Shown piece after piece: positions 18,601 through 27,051 of a DNA stretch of 51,293 bases (position 1 is the stretch's first letter; each line of letters starts with the position of its first letter). Under the pieces are notes generated by a model. The model was not told the origin of the DNA. It worked only from the letters and a program-made list of their open reading frames with translations, and did not search any database. Position numbers and translations under genes: made by a program. This stretch comes from an uncultured Dehalococcoidales bacterium (GTDB lineage Bacteria; Chloroflexota; Dehalococcoidia; Dehalococcoidales; CAZFRL01), in NCBI GenBank assembly GCA_964521325.1, contig CAZFRL010000004.1:1-51293 (forward strand). Direction: 5' to 3'.

Positions 18601-19293
18601 AGTTAACTTCATAAATTGATGCTCTGAAGAACTGTCCTCTTGGGGAAACAGGTTAAAAAGTTGCTCATCACTACTGTAACCAATAGCCCGTAGCAACGTA
18701 GTAACTGGAATCTTGCGTTTACCGTCAATTTTGACTGAAATTACATCCCGATTGCTGGTCTCAAACTCTAGCCAGGCCCCTCGGGTAGGGATTAATTTAG
18801 CCTGACACAATTCACGACCGGTAGTGGCATCTTCTTCAATGGTGAAATAGATACCTGGGGAGCGGAGTAACTGGCTTACCACTACCCGTTCAGCACCATT
18901 AGTAATAAAGGTCCCTTTAGCTATTATCAGGGGAATATCACCGAAGAATAGGTCTTGTTCTTTGATTTCACCTGTTTCCTTAACTAGTAATCGTGCTTTA
19001 ACATAGAGGGAGCTTGAGTAAGTCAGGTCACGCTGGCGGCATTCTTGCTCAGGATGAGGCTTACGGAACTCGTAGTTTATGAAGTTAAGCTCCAGTCTAT
19101 TGCCGGTTAAATCTTTAATAGGAGATGCCTCCTCCAGCAGTTGCTTTAGTCCCTTTTCTTGAAACCAGCGGAATGAGTCTAATTGAACTTTATTCAGATT
19201 GGGTACTTCCAGTATCTGGGGTAGTCTAGCGTAGGATTTTCTAGGGCAGGGAAACGTCTCTTTTTCAATGCGGGTTGGTGACATAAAAACCAT
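15625..19293 (-). CDS. rpoB: RNA polymerase beta subunit
   Basis: [52 protein letters not shown]; AGGAG SD. Confidence 0.99.
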   Translation of the reverse strand: MVFMSPTRIEKETFPCPRKSYARLPQILEVPNLNKVQLDSFRWFQEKGLKQLLEEASPIKDLTGNRLELNFINYEFRKPHPEQECRQRDLTYSSSLYVKARLLVKETGEIKEQDLFFGDIPLIIAKGTFITNGAERVVVSQLLRSPGIYFTIEEDATTGRELCQAKLIPTRGAWLEFETSNRDVISVKIDGKRKIPVTTLLRAIGYSSDEQLFNLFPQEDSSSEHQFMKLTMQREPLIRNESDALIDIYKKLRPGDRPNIENARKLTKNLLFDPQRYDLGNVGRYKLNKRLGLDDSKRNPALDEEDIIEIIRHIFMVNNGEDTPDDVDHLGNRRVRTVAELVQNQFRIGLLRLERAVRERMSIISTEAVTPSALINIRPIAAAVREFFNGSQLSQFMDQTNPLAELTHKRRLSAMGPGGLSRERAGFDVRDVHFSHYGRICPIETPEGPNIGLIGSLATYSQINQYGFIETPYRRVITEVSNTYDNLLGKTTTEAVVNNKGNTVVKAGTTITPQLATKLSRLSPRSIKVAPFVSDEVVYLSADKEDKYTIAQANARLNQNSQFVAEKVEARHGDRYLLETPDKIDFMDVSPKQMVSVATALIPFLEHDDANRALMGANMQRQAVPLLSPTAPLVATGMEMEAAKHSGQVLYAQNAGVVASVTSSQIEVTEDSGDKKLYPLMKFVRTNQGTCLNQNPIVSKGDRVEKGQVLADSSSTEQGELALGQNVLCAFMSWEGYNFEDAIIISNRLVERDKFTSIHIEKYEVEARDTKLGPEEITRDIPNVGEESLRDLDETGIIRVGAKVGPGDILVGKITPKGETELSAEEKLLRAIFGEKAREVKDTSLRVPHGEWGKVINVRDFTGDDLPAGVEKRVQVWIAQKRRISVGDKLSGRHGNKGVIARIAPVEDMPFLPDGTPVDIILNPIGVPSRMNIGQVLETHLGWAAQILGFKVLTPVFDGADDTDIEDALARAWLAQKAGAVDSGPSNENATVQLELAKAWLKSNGYDGDRVFSDDYSGEAREVCLRLWLEELGIASRDLDLQALRQAVERVSSERKLAPPVNGKVILRDGRSGEPFDQPVTVGNIYMMKLIHLVEDKVHARSIGPYSLITQQPLGGKAQFGGQRFGEMEVWALEAYGAAHNLQEVLTIKSDDVSGRDKTYEAIVKNEDILQPGVPESFKVLVKELQSLGLAIEVINEGEEKAAFAEETTKALNEVEEENAGS

Positions 19294-19415
19294 TCTACTC
19301 CTTAAACAGACATGCAGAAATTTTGTATTAGTGTAGTACTATTCTGGAATAATACCTGTGGCTAGAGAAGGAATATAATAAGGTGAAACCTTTAGTAGCA
19401 TAACTATAAGTACTA

Positions 19416-19444
19416 ATACTACTACGATTTTTGATATTTGTCAA
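19416..19444 (-). promoter_or_regulatory. rpoBC promoter
   Basis: TTGACA-17 nt-TAGTAT on the minus strand, ~120 nt upstream of rpoB. Confidence 0.6.
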
Positions 19445-19456
19445 GCCCCATTCAAT

Positions 19457-19585
19457 TCAGGAAGCAAGAAGTCTGGTAACTGTGCCCTTAGCAGTATTGG
19501 TCATTCTACAAGTAGCACGAATGGAATTACCTTCGCATAAAACCTTGATAACTTGTGTTTGTCGTTCTATACTTAGCTCATTCAT
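19457..19585 (-). pseudogene. IS1-family-type transposase N-terminal fragment (42 aa, not in ORF track)
   Basis: MNELSIERQTQVIKVLCEGNSIRATCRMTNTAKGTVTRLLAS*: HTH with the EGNSIRATxRMT signature typical of IS1-like transposase N-termini; no DDE domain follows. Confidence 0.75.
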
Positions 19586-19608
19586 AATTTTTTAACCTAT
19601 TTGACTAT

Positions 19609-19637
19609 ATTATAGCATAACGCTCAAGCATTGTCAA
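19609..19637 (-). promoter_or_regulatory. Consensus sigma70 promoter of transposase remnant
   Basis: TTGACA-ATGCTTGAGCGTTATGC(17)-TATAAT. Confidence 0.75.
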
Positions 19638-19710
19638 GAGAAATATAAGAAAAAACTTATATTATTATACCACAAAATTATACTTGACAATATAAGAAAA
19701 AACTGATATT

Positions 19711-20094
19711 ATGGGTATTGAGTTCACTTTTTACGACTATATTGATGAAACTGGAAATAACATCATAAAGAATTGGCTTAATAGTGAAGCGAAGGATGCA
19801 AAGGCACTTTTTAACCAAGTCATACCTCACCTAGAAGCTACTCCGCCACCCTGGAGCACAAAATACGTTATACGTATGAAATATGATTGGAAAGGATTTA
19901 TTGAATTACGTAAAACTGGGAAGATACAATATAGACTGCTTGGTCAAATACGAAACCGAGATGTTTATTTAGTAGCGTTTGGCTTTCATAAGGGGAAATA
20001 TACAACAGATGTAGCACCTGAAATAGCAGCAGTGAGAGTATCACAAATGATAGCCAACCCCGCGAAGTACAGGAGGAAGCATGAATACAACTAA
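19711..20094 (+). CDS. RelE/HigB-like (Gp49-type) toxin
   Basis: FYDYIDETGNNIIKNWL N-terminus; GFIELR...QYRLLG...LVAFGFHK; directly upstream of an HTH gene (HigBA order). Confidence 0.7.
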   Translation: MGIEFTFYDYIDETGNNIIKNWLNSEAKDAKALFNQVIPHLEATPPPWSTKYVIRMKYDWKGFIELRKTGKIQYRLLGQIRNRDVYLVAFGFHKGKYTTDVAPEIAAVRVSQMIANPAKYRRKHEYN

Positions 20095-20593
20095 CGAGTA
20101 CAAGCAAATGTGGGAAAGCCTACAAGACCCTGATTACCGTAAACAGCTTATTGATGAACATATTAATGTTGGTATTGCTTTTCAAATTCACGGTCTTAGA
20201 AAACGACAGGGACTGAAACAGAAGCAGTTAGCTGAAAAATTAGGAGAAAAGAAACAGCCCTTAATTTCTTCGTGGGAAAATCCGAACTATGGCAAATACA
20301 CGCTAGGAACTTTGAAAGATTTGGCAAAGGCTTTTGATGTGGGTTTATTAGTTCGCTTTGTGCCATTCAGCACATTGGTTGATTGGACAATTAACCTAAC
20401 TCCTGATGTTATTGCACCTCCTAGTTTCAGCGAAGAACAAAAACGCATCGCAATGTGGGATTGGGTGGCTTCTATCCCACTGAAAGACACAAGGGATATG
20501 GATGCATACGACTTATCAAATCGTATGCCAGTCCCAGTCCCACGCATTCCATCCACATCAAGGATTGGAGAGGAGGCCTTAGCAAATGCGTGA
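20081..20593 (+). CDS. XRE/HigA-like HTH antitoxin with C-terminal extension
   Basis: IHGLRKRQGLKQKQLAEKLG..QPLISSWENPNYGKYTLGTLKDLAKAFDV; ~55-aa tail after FVPFS...F. Confidence 0.8.
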   Translation: MNTTNEYKQMWESLQDPDYRKQLIDEHINVGIAFQIHGLRKRQGLKQKQLAEKLGEKKQPLISSWENPNYGKYTLGTLKDLAKAFDVGLLVRFVPFSTLVDWTINLTPDVIAPPSFSEEQKRIAMWDWVASIPLKDTRDMDAYDLSNRMPVPVPRIPSTSRIGEEALANA

Positions 20594-21014
20594 AGAATTT
20601 AGGGAACGACTTGCAAAGGAATATCGCTATGCTGTAACAAAGATGCAAGAGGCAACGCAGCTATCTCAAAAGCTGTTCTATTTCAGTGTCTTTTTTGGAG
20701 AGGCGCAGCGTGTGCTCAATTGGGAATGGGACACTGACCTTGTGCTCATACACATACTTACCATGCACGTCCATACACAAACCAATGCCGCAGTACAAAT
20801 GCCAAGAATTGGACAAACAATACCTCTCGATTGGACAACCTTTTCTGATAAGCTGACCCAAGTTGCCTCTGACCTTGCCACCTACTTTGAGAAGGCAGAA
20901 GATGGGGATAGTAAAGAAGAACTATACAAAATATTAGGGTGCTTTGCTGAAATTGCCTATGCTGTTTCAGGGAATGGCAGTTATTTGTTGGAGAAAGGAA
21001 CCTTTAAGCTTTAG
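20586..21014 (+). CDS. Hypothetical, predicted all-alpha protein (third gene of TA operon)
   Basis: 142-aa ORF overlapping the antitoxin stop, GAGG SD; no family recognised. Confidence 0.65.
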   Translation: MREEFRERLAKEYRYAVTKMQEATQLSQKLFYFSVFFGEAQRVLNWEWDTDLVLIHILTMHVHTQTNAAVQMPRIGQTIPLDWTTFSDKLTQVASDLATYFEKAEDGDSKEELYKILGCFAEIAYAVSGNGSYLLEKGTFKL

Positions 21015-21234
21015 TATTCCAACGTGTTTGGGCTGCTTTTTTAGCAATCTCACTTCGTTTTCTAGGTGTTAATTTTTCAGCTCTAGCCTTGCCACCCTTT
21101 AATCCACCTTTACGCCCTAAAGCTGCATAGTCAATATCTGGTTTAGGTTCTTTTTCAGTTTGTCCGGTTGCTTCTTGGACTACACGAAAAGCGGTAACGG
21201 CGAAGTCATGTTCCTTTTTCTTACGCTTTGCCAT
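21004..21234 (-). CDS. Small basic KGG-motif protein
   Basis: AALGRKGGLKGGKARAEKLTPRKRSEIAKKAAQTRW; a type often seen beside IS1-like transposases. Confidence 0.75.
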   Translation of the reverse strand: MAKRKKKEHDFAVTAFRVVQEATGQTEKEPKPDIDYAALGRKGGLKGGKARAEKLTPRKRSEIAKKAAQTRWNTKA

Positions 21235-21240
21235 ACTTAA

Positions 21241-21269
21241 ATAGTAAGCTAACGCTCAAGCATTGTCAA
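21241..21269 (-). promoter_or_regulatory. Promoter for KGG gene (probably leaderless)
   Basis: TTGACA-ATGCTTGAGCGTTAGCT(17)-TACTAT, then 6 nt to the ATG, with no SD. Confidence 0.65.
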
Positions 21270-21277
21270 CGCTCAAG

Positions 21278-21322
21278 CATTTCAAAATGATACACTACCC
21301 CATTTCAAATTGACCCACTACC
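21278..21322. repeat. Two tandem IS terminal-repeat copies
   Basis: CATTTCAAAATGATACACTACC (21278-21299) and CATTTCAAATTGACCCACTACC (21301-21322); reverse complements begin GGTAGTG. Confidence 0.65.
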
Positions 21323-21331
21323 TGTTTTTGT

Positions 21332-21361
21332 TTGACAAAGTCTGTTCCTGCTGGGTATAAT
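21332..21361 (+). promoter_or_regulatory. sigma70 promoter for PAS-STAS/CoA-transferase operon
   Basis: TTGACA-18 nt-TATAAT. Confidence 0.6.
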
Positions 21362-21444
21362 TAATACTTGGTTACTCCAGCTTAACCTCTAGAACAAATC
21401 ATAAGGTTCAACCCACTCTAACAGGAACCAAAGGAAGGATAATT

Positions 21445-22272
21445 ATGGAAAAACAATTATCACCACAGAGGAGTAGAGGGGGCTATTTGGAGGCTTTACT
21501 CAATAGCTGTCCTGATGCTATCTTGGCTATTGATGGCGAGGGGACAATAACATTTGCCAACAAAGCGGCCTGCGAGCTTGTAGAATGTGTGATGCAAGAG
21601 CTTATAGGCTCAAGCATCGTCACCGTTTACGAAAGCCTGGAAGCCGCCAAAGAAACAAATCGTAAGCTCCATATGAGTGGCGGGCTAGTCCATGACCATG
21701 AATCTAAAGTCAAGACAAGGGCCGGAAAGCTAGTTCCGGTACGCATTTCGGCAGCCCATATGAGAGATAGCTCAGGTAACTACATAGGAGCTGTAGGTTT
21801 CTTTGAGAAATACCGACCTTGGAGTGGGGCAGAGGCAGAGGTTAAGGCATACGCCGAGGAACTGGAGGCCAAGCTTGAGGAATGGAAGGACCTCGGTGCT
21901 CCCGTGTTTCAGCTTTATCCCGGACTTTCAGCAGTGGTGGTAGTAGGGCGTCTTGATATTGACCGTTTTATGCGTGTCACCAGCAGTCTGTTGAGTCATG
22001 TGGAGAGTATGAGGTCTAGAGTCGTTCTCGTCGACCTGTCTGCGGCACTGGTGGAAGATGCTACCACCATAGCCAGCGAATTATTAAAGACGATACGTAC
22101 TATCCAATTGTTGGGTGCGCAGTGTGTCCTTGCCGGCATTCAATCATCCTTAGCTCAGGCGATAGAACCGTTGGTACCAGATGTCGACTCAGTCAAGTCC
22201 TTTTGTTGCACAGCTGTTGGTATAGAGGCGGCGCTTAATATCATCGGTTTTGAGATTCACAAAAAAGATTGA
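21445..22272 (+). CDS. PAS + STAS domain protein (RsbR-like architecture)
   Basis: PAS: DAILAIDGEGTITFANKAACEL...ELIG, GKLVPVRIS, GNYIGAVG; STAS: PVFQLYPGLSAVVVVGRLD, VLVDLS, LLGAQCVLAGIQ. Confidence 0.82.
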   Translation: MEKQLSPQRSRGGYLEALLNSCPDAILAIDGEGTITFANKAACELVECVMQELIGSSIVTVYESLEAAKETNRKLHMSGGLVHDHESKVKTRAGKLVPVRISAAHMRDSSGNYIGAVGFFEKYRPWSGAEAEVKAYAEELEAKLEEWKDLGAPVFQLYPGLSAVVVVGRLDIDRFMRVTSSLLSHVESMRSRVVLVDLSAALVEDATTIASELLKTIRTIQLLGAQCVLAGIQSSLAQAIEPLVPDVDSVKSFCCTAVGIEAALNIIGFEIHKKD

Positions 22273-22290
22273 ACGTGAGAGGGTGGCATC

Positions 22291-22992
22291 TTGGACAAGG
22301 TTTATCCCAGTACAGATGAAGCAGTAGCTGATATTCCTGACGGAGCCTCCGTTGCTATAGGAGGCTTCTTTACTGCCGGCTCACCTGTCCCTCTCATTCA
22401 GGCTCTAGCCAGGCAGGGAGCTAAAGACCTAACTATAATCTGCCAGTCGATGGGTCCAGGCAACGAGGACATTGACCAACTGGTTCTCAATAATCAGGTG
22501 AAGAAGGCTATTTGTAATTACCCTTTCTACCGCTCACCAACCAGAGGAGCTGATTCGTCCTTTGAGAAAGCCGTTCGGGCTGGCAAAATTGAGTTAGAAG
22601 TGTATCCCATGGGCACATTTATTGAGAAACTGAGAGCGGGTGGTGCCGGAATCGCCGGCTTCTATACCCCTACCGGGATAGGAACAGGCGTCGAGGAGGG
22701 AAAGGAGAAAAAAACATTTGGAGGACGAGAGTATCTTCTGGAAGTTGCCCTCAAGCCTGACTATGCCCTTATCTATGGTTATCAGGGAGACAAGATAGGC
22801 AACATTGTCTTCCGCAAGACCGCTAGAAATTATAACCCCGAGATGGCTAAAGCGGCTGGAATAAGCATCGCCGCCGTAGAGAACTTGGTGGAGGTGGGAA
22901 AACTTAATCCAGATATGGTTCATTTGCCAGGTATCTATGTCCAGCGAGTAGTGAAGGTAAGTAGGCCTAGCTACTATCCCACTGCCCAATAA
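22291..22992 (+). CDS. 3-oxoacid CoA-transferase subunit A
   Basis: GASVAIGGF, PMGTFIEKLRAGGAGIAGFYTPTG, RKTARNYNP. Confidence 0.92.
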   Translation: MDKVYPSTDEAVADIPDGASVAIGGFFTAGSPVPLIQALARQGAKDLTIICQSMGPGNEDIDQLVLNNQVKKAICNYPFYRSPTRGADSSFEKAVRAGKIELEVYPMGTFIEKLRAGGAGIAGFYTPTGIGTGVEEGKEKKTFGGREYLLEVALKPDYALIYGYQGDKIGNIVFRKTARNYNPEMAKAAGISIAAVENLVEVGKLNPDMVHLPGIYVQRVVKVSRPSYYPTAQ

Positions 22993-23013
22993 CGACTATT
23001 ATGGAGGAGATAA

Positions 23014-23703
23014 ATGGCGGAGGCGACTAAGAAATTCCAAGGATTATCCAGGGAATTAATAGCGTTAAGAGTAGCCAGCGAACTAGAAGATGGAACCTGT
23101 GTTAATCTGGGCATCGGCATACCAACCCTGGTCTCTGACTGGATTGAGGGTAGGAATATCCTATTACAATCCGAGATTGGCATGCTCAATACTGGTTCCC
23201 TAGCTACCCAAGAGAACGTGGACCAAGACCTTATCAATGCCAGTTGCCAGCCGGTAACTGAGCTGCCAGGAACCAGCTATTTTTCTGATTGTGAGTCCTT
23301 CGCTATGATTCGGGGTGGATATATGGACGTTGCTGTTCTGGGTGCCCTTCAAGTCTCAGAGAAGGGTGACCTGGCTGGATGGAATAACCCGGAGCGGGGA
23401 TTTCCAGAAGACATTGGTAATATAGGTGGTTCTATGGACCTGGCTGTTGGCGCCAAAAAGGTCATCGTAGCCATGATACATGTCACTACCAAAGGAGAGC
23501 CTAAGATTGTCAAAAAATGCACCTATCCCCTTACCGCACGGGAAGTGGTCAAGACCATTATAACTGACCTCGCTGTCATTGATGTTACCCCAGAGGGGCT
23601 TTTGCTCAGGGAGGTGGCTCCCGGTCTGAGCGCTGAGGATGTCCAATCGGTAACCGAACCCAAATTAATTATTAGCCCTGACCTCACCGAAATACAACTG
23701 TAG
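23014..23703 (+). CDS. 3-oxoacid CoA-transferase subunit B
   Basis: VNLGIGIPT, QSEIG (catalytic Glu), SFAMIRGG, GGSMDLAVGAK. Confidence 0.92.
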   Translation: MAEATKKFQGLSRELIALRVASELEDGTCVNLGIGIPTLVSDWIEGRNILLQSEIGMLNTGSLATQENVDQDLINASCQPVTELPGTSYFSDCESFAMIRGGYMDVAVLGALQVSEKGDLAGWNNPERGFPEDIGNIGGSMDLAVGAKKVIVAMIHVTTKGEPKIVKKCTYPLTAREVVKTIITDLAVIDVTPEGLLLREVAPGLSAEDVQSVTEPKLIISPDLTEIQL

Positions 23704-23768
23704 GATGCCATTCTAAGACACAAGTTGTACCTGAATTCAAGCGGTGAGACAAATAACTCCTGCGGATA

Positions 23769-24284
23769 CTATCCAGAGTCCTTGCTCAGGACAGCGGCTT
23801 CCAGTTCCAGGAGGGCTTGCTTCCGGTGTAGCCCGCCACCATAGCCGGTAAGCTTACCATCTGACCCGATGACCCGGTGGCAGGGCACTATAATAGCGAC
23901 AGGGTTCCTGCCGATAGCTTGGCCTACTGGTCTGGCTGAGTTGGGGTGACCCAGGGCATGGGCTATCTGACCATAGGAGCGGGTCTCTCCGTAAGGAATC
24001 TTAAATAGCTGTTCCCACACCTGGCGCTGGAATGACGTTCCCCGCAGGTCAAGAGGCACACTGAACTGGCGGCGCTTTCCAGCAAGGTAGGCGTCAAGCT
24101 GGTCTGCTACGGTCTCGTTGAGCTTGCCACCATCCTGTATCTGGATGCCCTCTCGTTCCCATCGGGCAAAACGGGCACTTGCTCTATCCTCAGTCGTCAC
24201 GCAGACCACACCTTGGTGAGAGATGACAATGATATAAGTGCCAAGAGGGCTATCATAGCTCTTCACAAATAAGGTTTCTGACAT
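23769..24284 (-). CDS. ogt: Methylated-DNA--protein-cysteine methyltransferase
   Basis: GTSFQRQVWEQLFKIPYGETRSYGQIA, ARPVGQA, active site PCHRV. Confidence 0.93.
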   Translation of the reverse strand: MSETLFVKSYDSPLGTYIIVISHQGVVCVTTEDRASARFARWEREGIQIQDGGKLNETVADQLDAYLAGKRRQFSVPLDLRGTSFQRQVWEQLFKIPYGETRSYGQIAHALGHPNSARPVGQAIGRNPVAIIVPCHRVIGSDGKLTGYGGGLHRKQALLELEAAVLSKDSG

Positions 24285-24508
24285 AATACGAACCCTTTAA
24301 GTAGATTCTTTTTGACTATAACACAACAAGTATTAAAAATTCCTCTATCTGAGCAGGGGAAAAATCCGAGGTTTTTGAGAGGTGTGGTTTATCTTCGTAT
24401 TATTAAATCCAAAATGTTACAACTACCTGACAGTTTCAGCTAAATAATAGTCTATAAATTAAACTATTCCTTTTCCAACTTTATTATGCTTCACTAGATT
24501 TCCTCTAC

Positions 24509-26962
24509 CTAGCTCCATTCGGCGGCTTGTGGCCAGACTCGGGCTAGCTCTTTAGCCAGAAGATGATGCTCAGGCTTGGCTAAACCATGGTCTACCTGAA
24601 AGAGTCTTATTGCTTCGTTTCTGGCTAGCTCTAATAGTCCCACATCGGAGAGTTTAGCCATACGAAGGTCAGGCAAACCGCTCTGTCGTGTGCCAAAGAA
24701 CTCTCCCGGACCCCGTAATCTCAAGTCCTCCTCAGCCAAAACAAAGCCGTCCCGGACTTTCTCTATTATGTCCAGACGCTGTCTTCCTATTTCTGAAGGA
24801 TTCTGCGCTAACAGCATACAGTAACTCAGCTCCTCTCCTCTTCCTATCCTACCTCGAAACTGGTGCAGCTGTGACAGACCAAAGCGGTCAGCACTTTCTA
24901 TCAGCATTACCGTGGCATTAGGCACATCTATGCCAACCTCTACTACCGGGGTTGAAACCAGGATATCCAGTTTACCAGAACGGAAGCGACGCATTATCTT
25001 ATCTTTCTCAGCAGCCGGCATCTGCCCGTGAAGCAGGCCTAACCTCAGGTCGGGGAAGACCTCCTGAGACAGACGCTGGTACTCAGCAGTAGCTGCCCTA
25101 GCTTGAATAACCTCTGATTCCTCAACAAGGGGGCAGATAATAAAAGCCTGACGACCGCTAGACACCTGGCGATGTATAAAGGCATAGGCGCTATCCCTCT
25201 GCCCTGGTTTAAGCCACTTCGTCTGTATTACCTGTCTCCCCGGGGGAAGCTGGTCTATAACCGATAAATCAAGGTCACCATACAGGGTCAAGGCTAAGGT
25301 CCGTGGTATAGGGGTAGCTGTCATTACCAGCACATGGGGACTGAACCCTTTCTGCCGTAATGCTGAGCGTTGAGTAACCCCGAATCGATGCTGCTCATCC
25401 ACCACAGCTAATCCTAACTGGTGGAACTCCACCCCCTTTTGAATAAGAGCGTGGGTTCCGATAACAATATCTATATCTCCATTCAGGATGTGCTGCTGGA
25501 GTTCCTGTTTCCTCATTTGTTTAATGTCACCAATAAGTAAGGCTACGGTAAGCGGATGGGACAAAAGCCCTGAGTAAGTATGCAGGTAGTCCTTTCCTTC
25601 TTCCTGATGCCCGGTTCGAGATAAGAGCTGACAGATAGTAGAAAAATGCTGCTCAGCCAGAATTTCAGTAGGTGCCATAAAAGCCCCTTGATAGCCATTG
25701 ATAGCTGCAACTAGCAAAGCTGCCGTAGCTACTACAGTCTTACCACTGCCTACCTCACCCTGCAATAGTCTGGACATGGGTTGCGGTTTCTGTAAATCGG
25801 CCAGTAGCTCCTCTAATACCCTTTGTTGAGCCGGAGTTAGCTGAAAGGGCAACGATTTTAGAAAAACATCTAGCGCCGGTGTCTTGGCAGTAAAAGGACT
25901 ACCAGGCTGGCCCTCCTGCCAATCACGCTTCCGGCTCAGTACACCTAACTGGAGGAGGAGCAGTTCATCAAAAGCCAGACGAACCCGTGCTTTATCTTTT
26001 ACTGCTTCATCCTCTGGATAGTGAACCTGACTTATAGCCTGGGGTAGTTCCAGCAGGTTGCACCGCTGTCTTAATTCCGGCGGCAGAAAATCTTCAACCT
26101 GCCATGCCCACTGGTCTATAACCCCCTTCATTAGTTTTCTTACCTGACGAGGGCGCAATCCCTGAGTAAGGGGATAAACGGGAACCAGACGCCCGGTGTG
26201 AATTAGCTCCTTATCCTCCATCAGCTCCCACTCTGGAGACTCAAACACATGCCGCCCATTAAACAAGCCTACCCTGCCACTGAGAATCACCTGTTTATTA
26301 GTCGCCAGCTGCTTGGTCAGATAAGGATTATTAAACCAGACCGCTCTGACATTGCCTGTCTCATCACCGACAATAGCCTCGGTGCTACGCCTGCCACCCA
26401 GCTTGACTTCTTGAGCCTGCCACACATTGGCAATTATAGTCTGCTCCGCTCCGACCTCAAGCTGCGAGATAAATTTCCGCTGGCTATAATCGAGGTGACG
26501 GTGGGGAAAGAAATAGAGCAAGTCCCTGATTGTCCTCACACCCAACTTACTAAACTTAGCCGCCAGGCTTGAGCTAATACCTCTAATATCAGTAATAGGG
26601 GCATTAATGGATTGACTAACCACCACAGTCTGCCTTTTTGCTTTCAAAGACGACCTGGTAGCTACCGGAGTTGGCTTAGCTTCTGCCTCTTCCTTTTTCA
26701 TACCCTCTGCCTCAGCTAAAAAGTTAAGCACATCATTTATCCACTGTTTACGCTGCTGTTTAGCTAACGAGGCATAATTGGAGTTAACCAGGTGGAGTTT
26801 ATGAAAGCGGTTCAGAAGCTGAGGAGGGGTTATCGACTCTATAGCCTGGCTAGCCCAGTTGTGGAGGAATCTATCCAAACCACCGATTACCGCTGAATTT
26901 ACATAACCCTTTTTATGCTCAAGCTCAAGAATCTTACGCAGAGGCTCAACATTTATCGACAA
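24509..26962 (-). CDS. recG: ATP-dependent DNA helicase RecG
   Basis: QGEVGSGKT, DEQHRFG, MTATPIPRTL, QLHQFRGRIGR, GPGEFFGTRQSG. Confidence 0.97.
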   Translation of the reverse strand: MSINVEPLRKILELEHKKGYVNSAVIGGLDRFLHNWASQAIESITPPQLLNRFHKLHLVNSNYASLAKQQRKQWINDVLNFLAEAEGMKKEEAEAKPTPVATRSSLKAKRQTVVVSQSINAPITDIRGISSSLAAKFSKLGVRTIRDLLYFFPHRHLDYSQRKFISQLEVGAEQTIIANVWQAQEVKLGGRRSTEAIVGDETGNVRAVWFNNPYLTKQLATNKQVILSGRVGLFNGRHVFESPEWELMEDKELIHTGRLVPVYPLTQGLRPRQVRKLMKGVIDQWAWQVEDFLPPELRQRCNLLELPQAISQVHYPEDEAVKDKARVRLAFDELLLLQLGVLSRKRDWQEGQPGSPFTAKTPALDVFLKSLPFQLTPAQQRVLEELLADLQKPQPMSRLLQGEVGSGKTVVATAALLVAAINGYQGAFMAPTEILAEQHFSTICQLLSRTGHQEEGKDYLHTYSGLLSHPLTVALLIGDIKQMRKQELQQHILNGDIDIVIGTHALIQKGVEFHQLGLAVVDEQHRFGVTQRSALRQKGFSPHVLVMTATPIPRTLALTLYGDLDLSVIDQLPPGRQVIQTKWLKPGQRDSAYAFIHRQVSSGRQAFIICPLVEESEVIQARAATAEYQRLSQEVFPDLRLGLLHGQMPAAEKDKIMRRFRSGKLDILVSTPVVEVGIDVPNATVMLIESADRFGLSQLHQFRGRIGRGEELSYCMLLAQNPSEIGRQRLDIIEKVRDGFVLAEEDLRLRGPGEFFGTRQSGLPDLRMAKLSDVGLLELARNEAIRLFQVDHGLAKPEHHLLAKELARVWPQAAEWS

Positions 26963-27051
26963 GGTTCTGCCTCCGTTCGCCTCAGCGAATAACTAGAGGC
27001 GAGAAAAACTCAACTTTGGCATGTGGAAGGGGGGCAAAGAAATTTTCCCGT

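Larger units (their letters stand above)
19457..21322. mobile_element. Decayed IS1-family-like element with passenger genes
   Basis: Truncated transposase N-terminus, three copies of AACGCTCAAGCATT, two tandem GGTAGTG-type terminal repeats at the right end, AT-rich cargo of 3 genes plus a KGG-motif gene; the other end is absent. Confidence 0.7.

Noticed and set aside
19557-19570. TTTGTCGTTCTATA identical to the 10061-10074 ECF -10 region
   Set aside because: No TAAC at the 16-nt spacing, and it falls inside the transposase-remnant coding sequence on the other strand; treated as coincidence.
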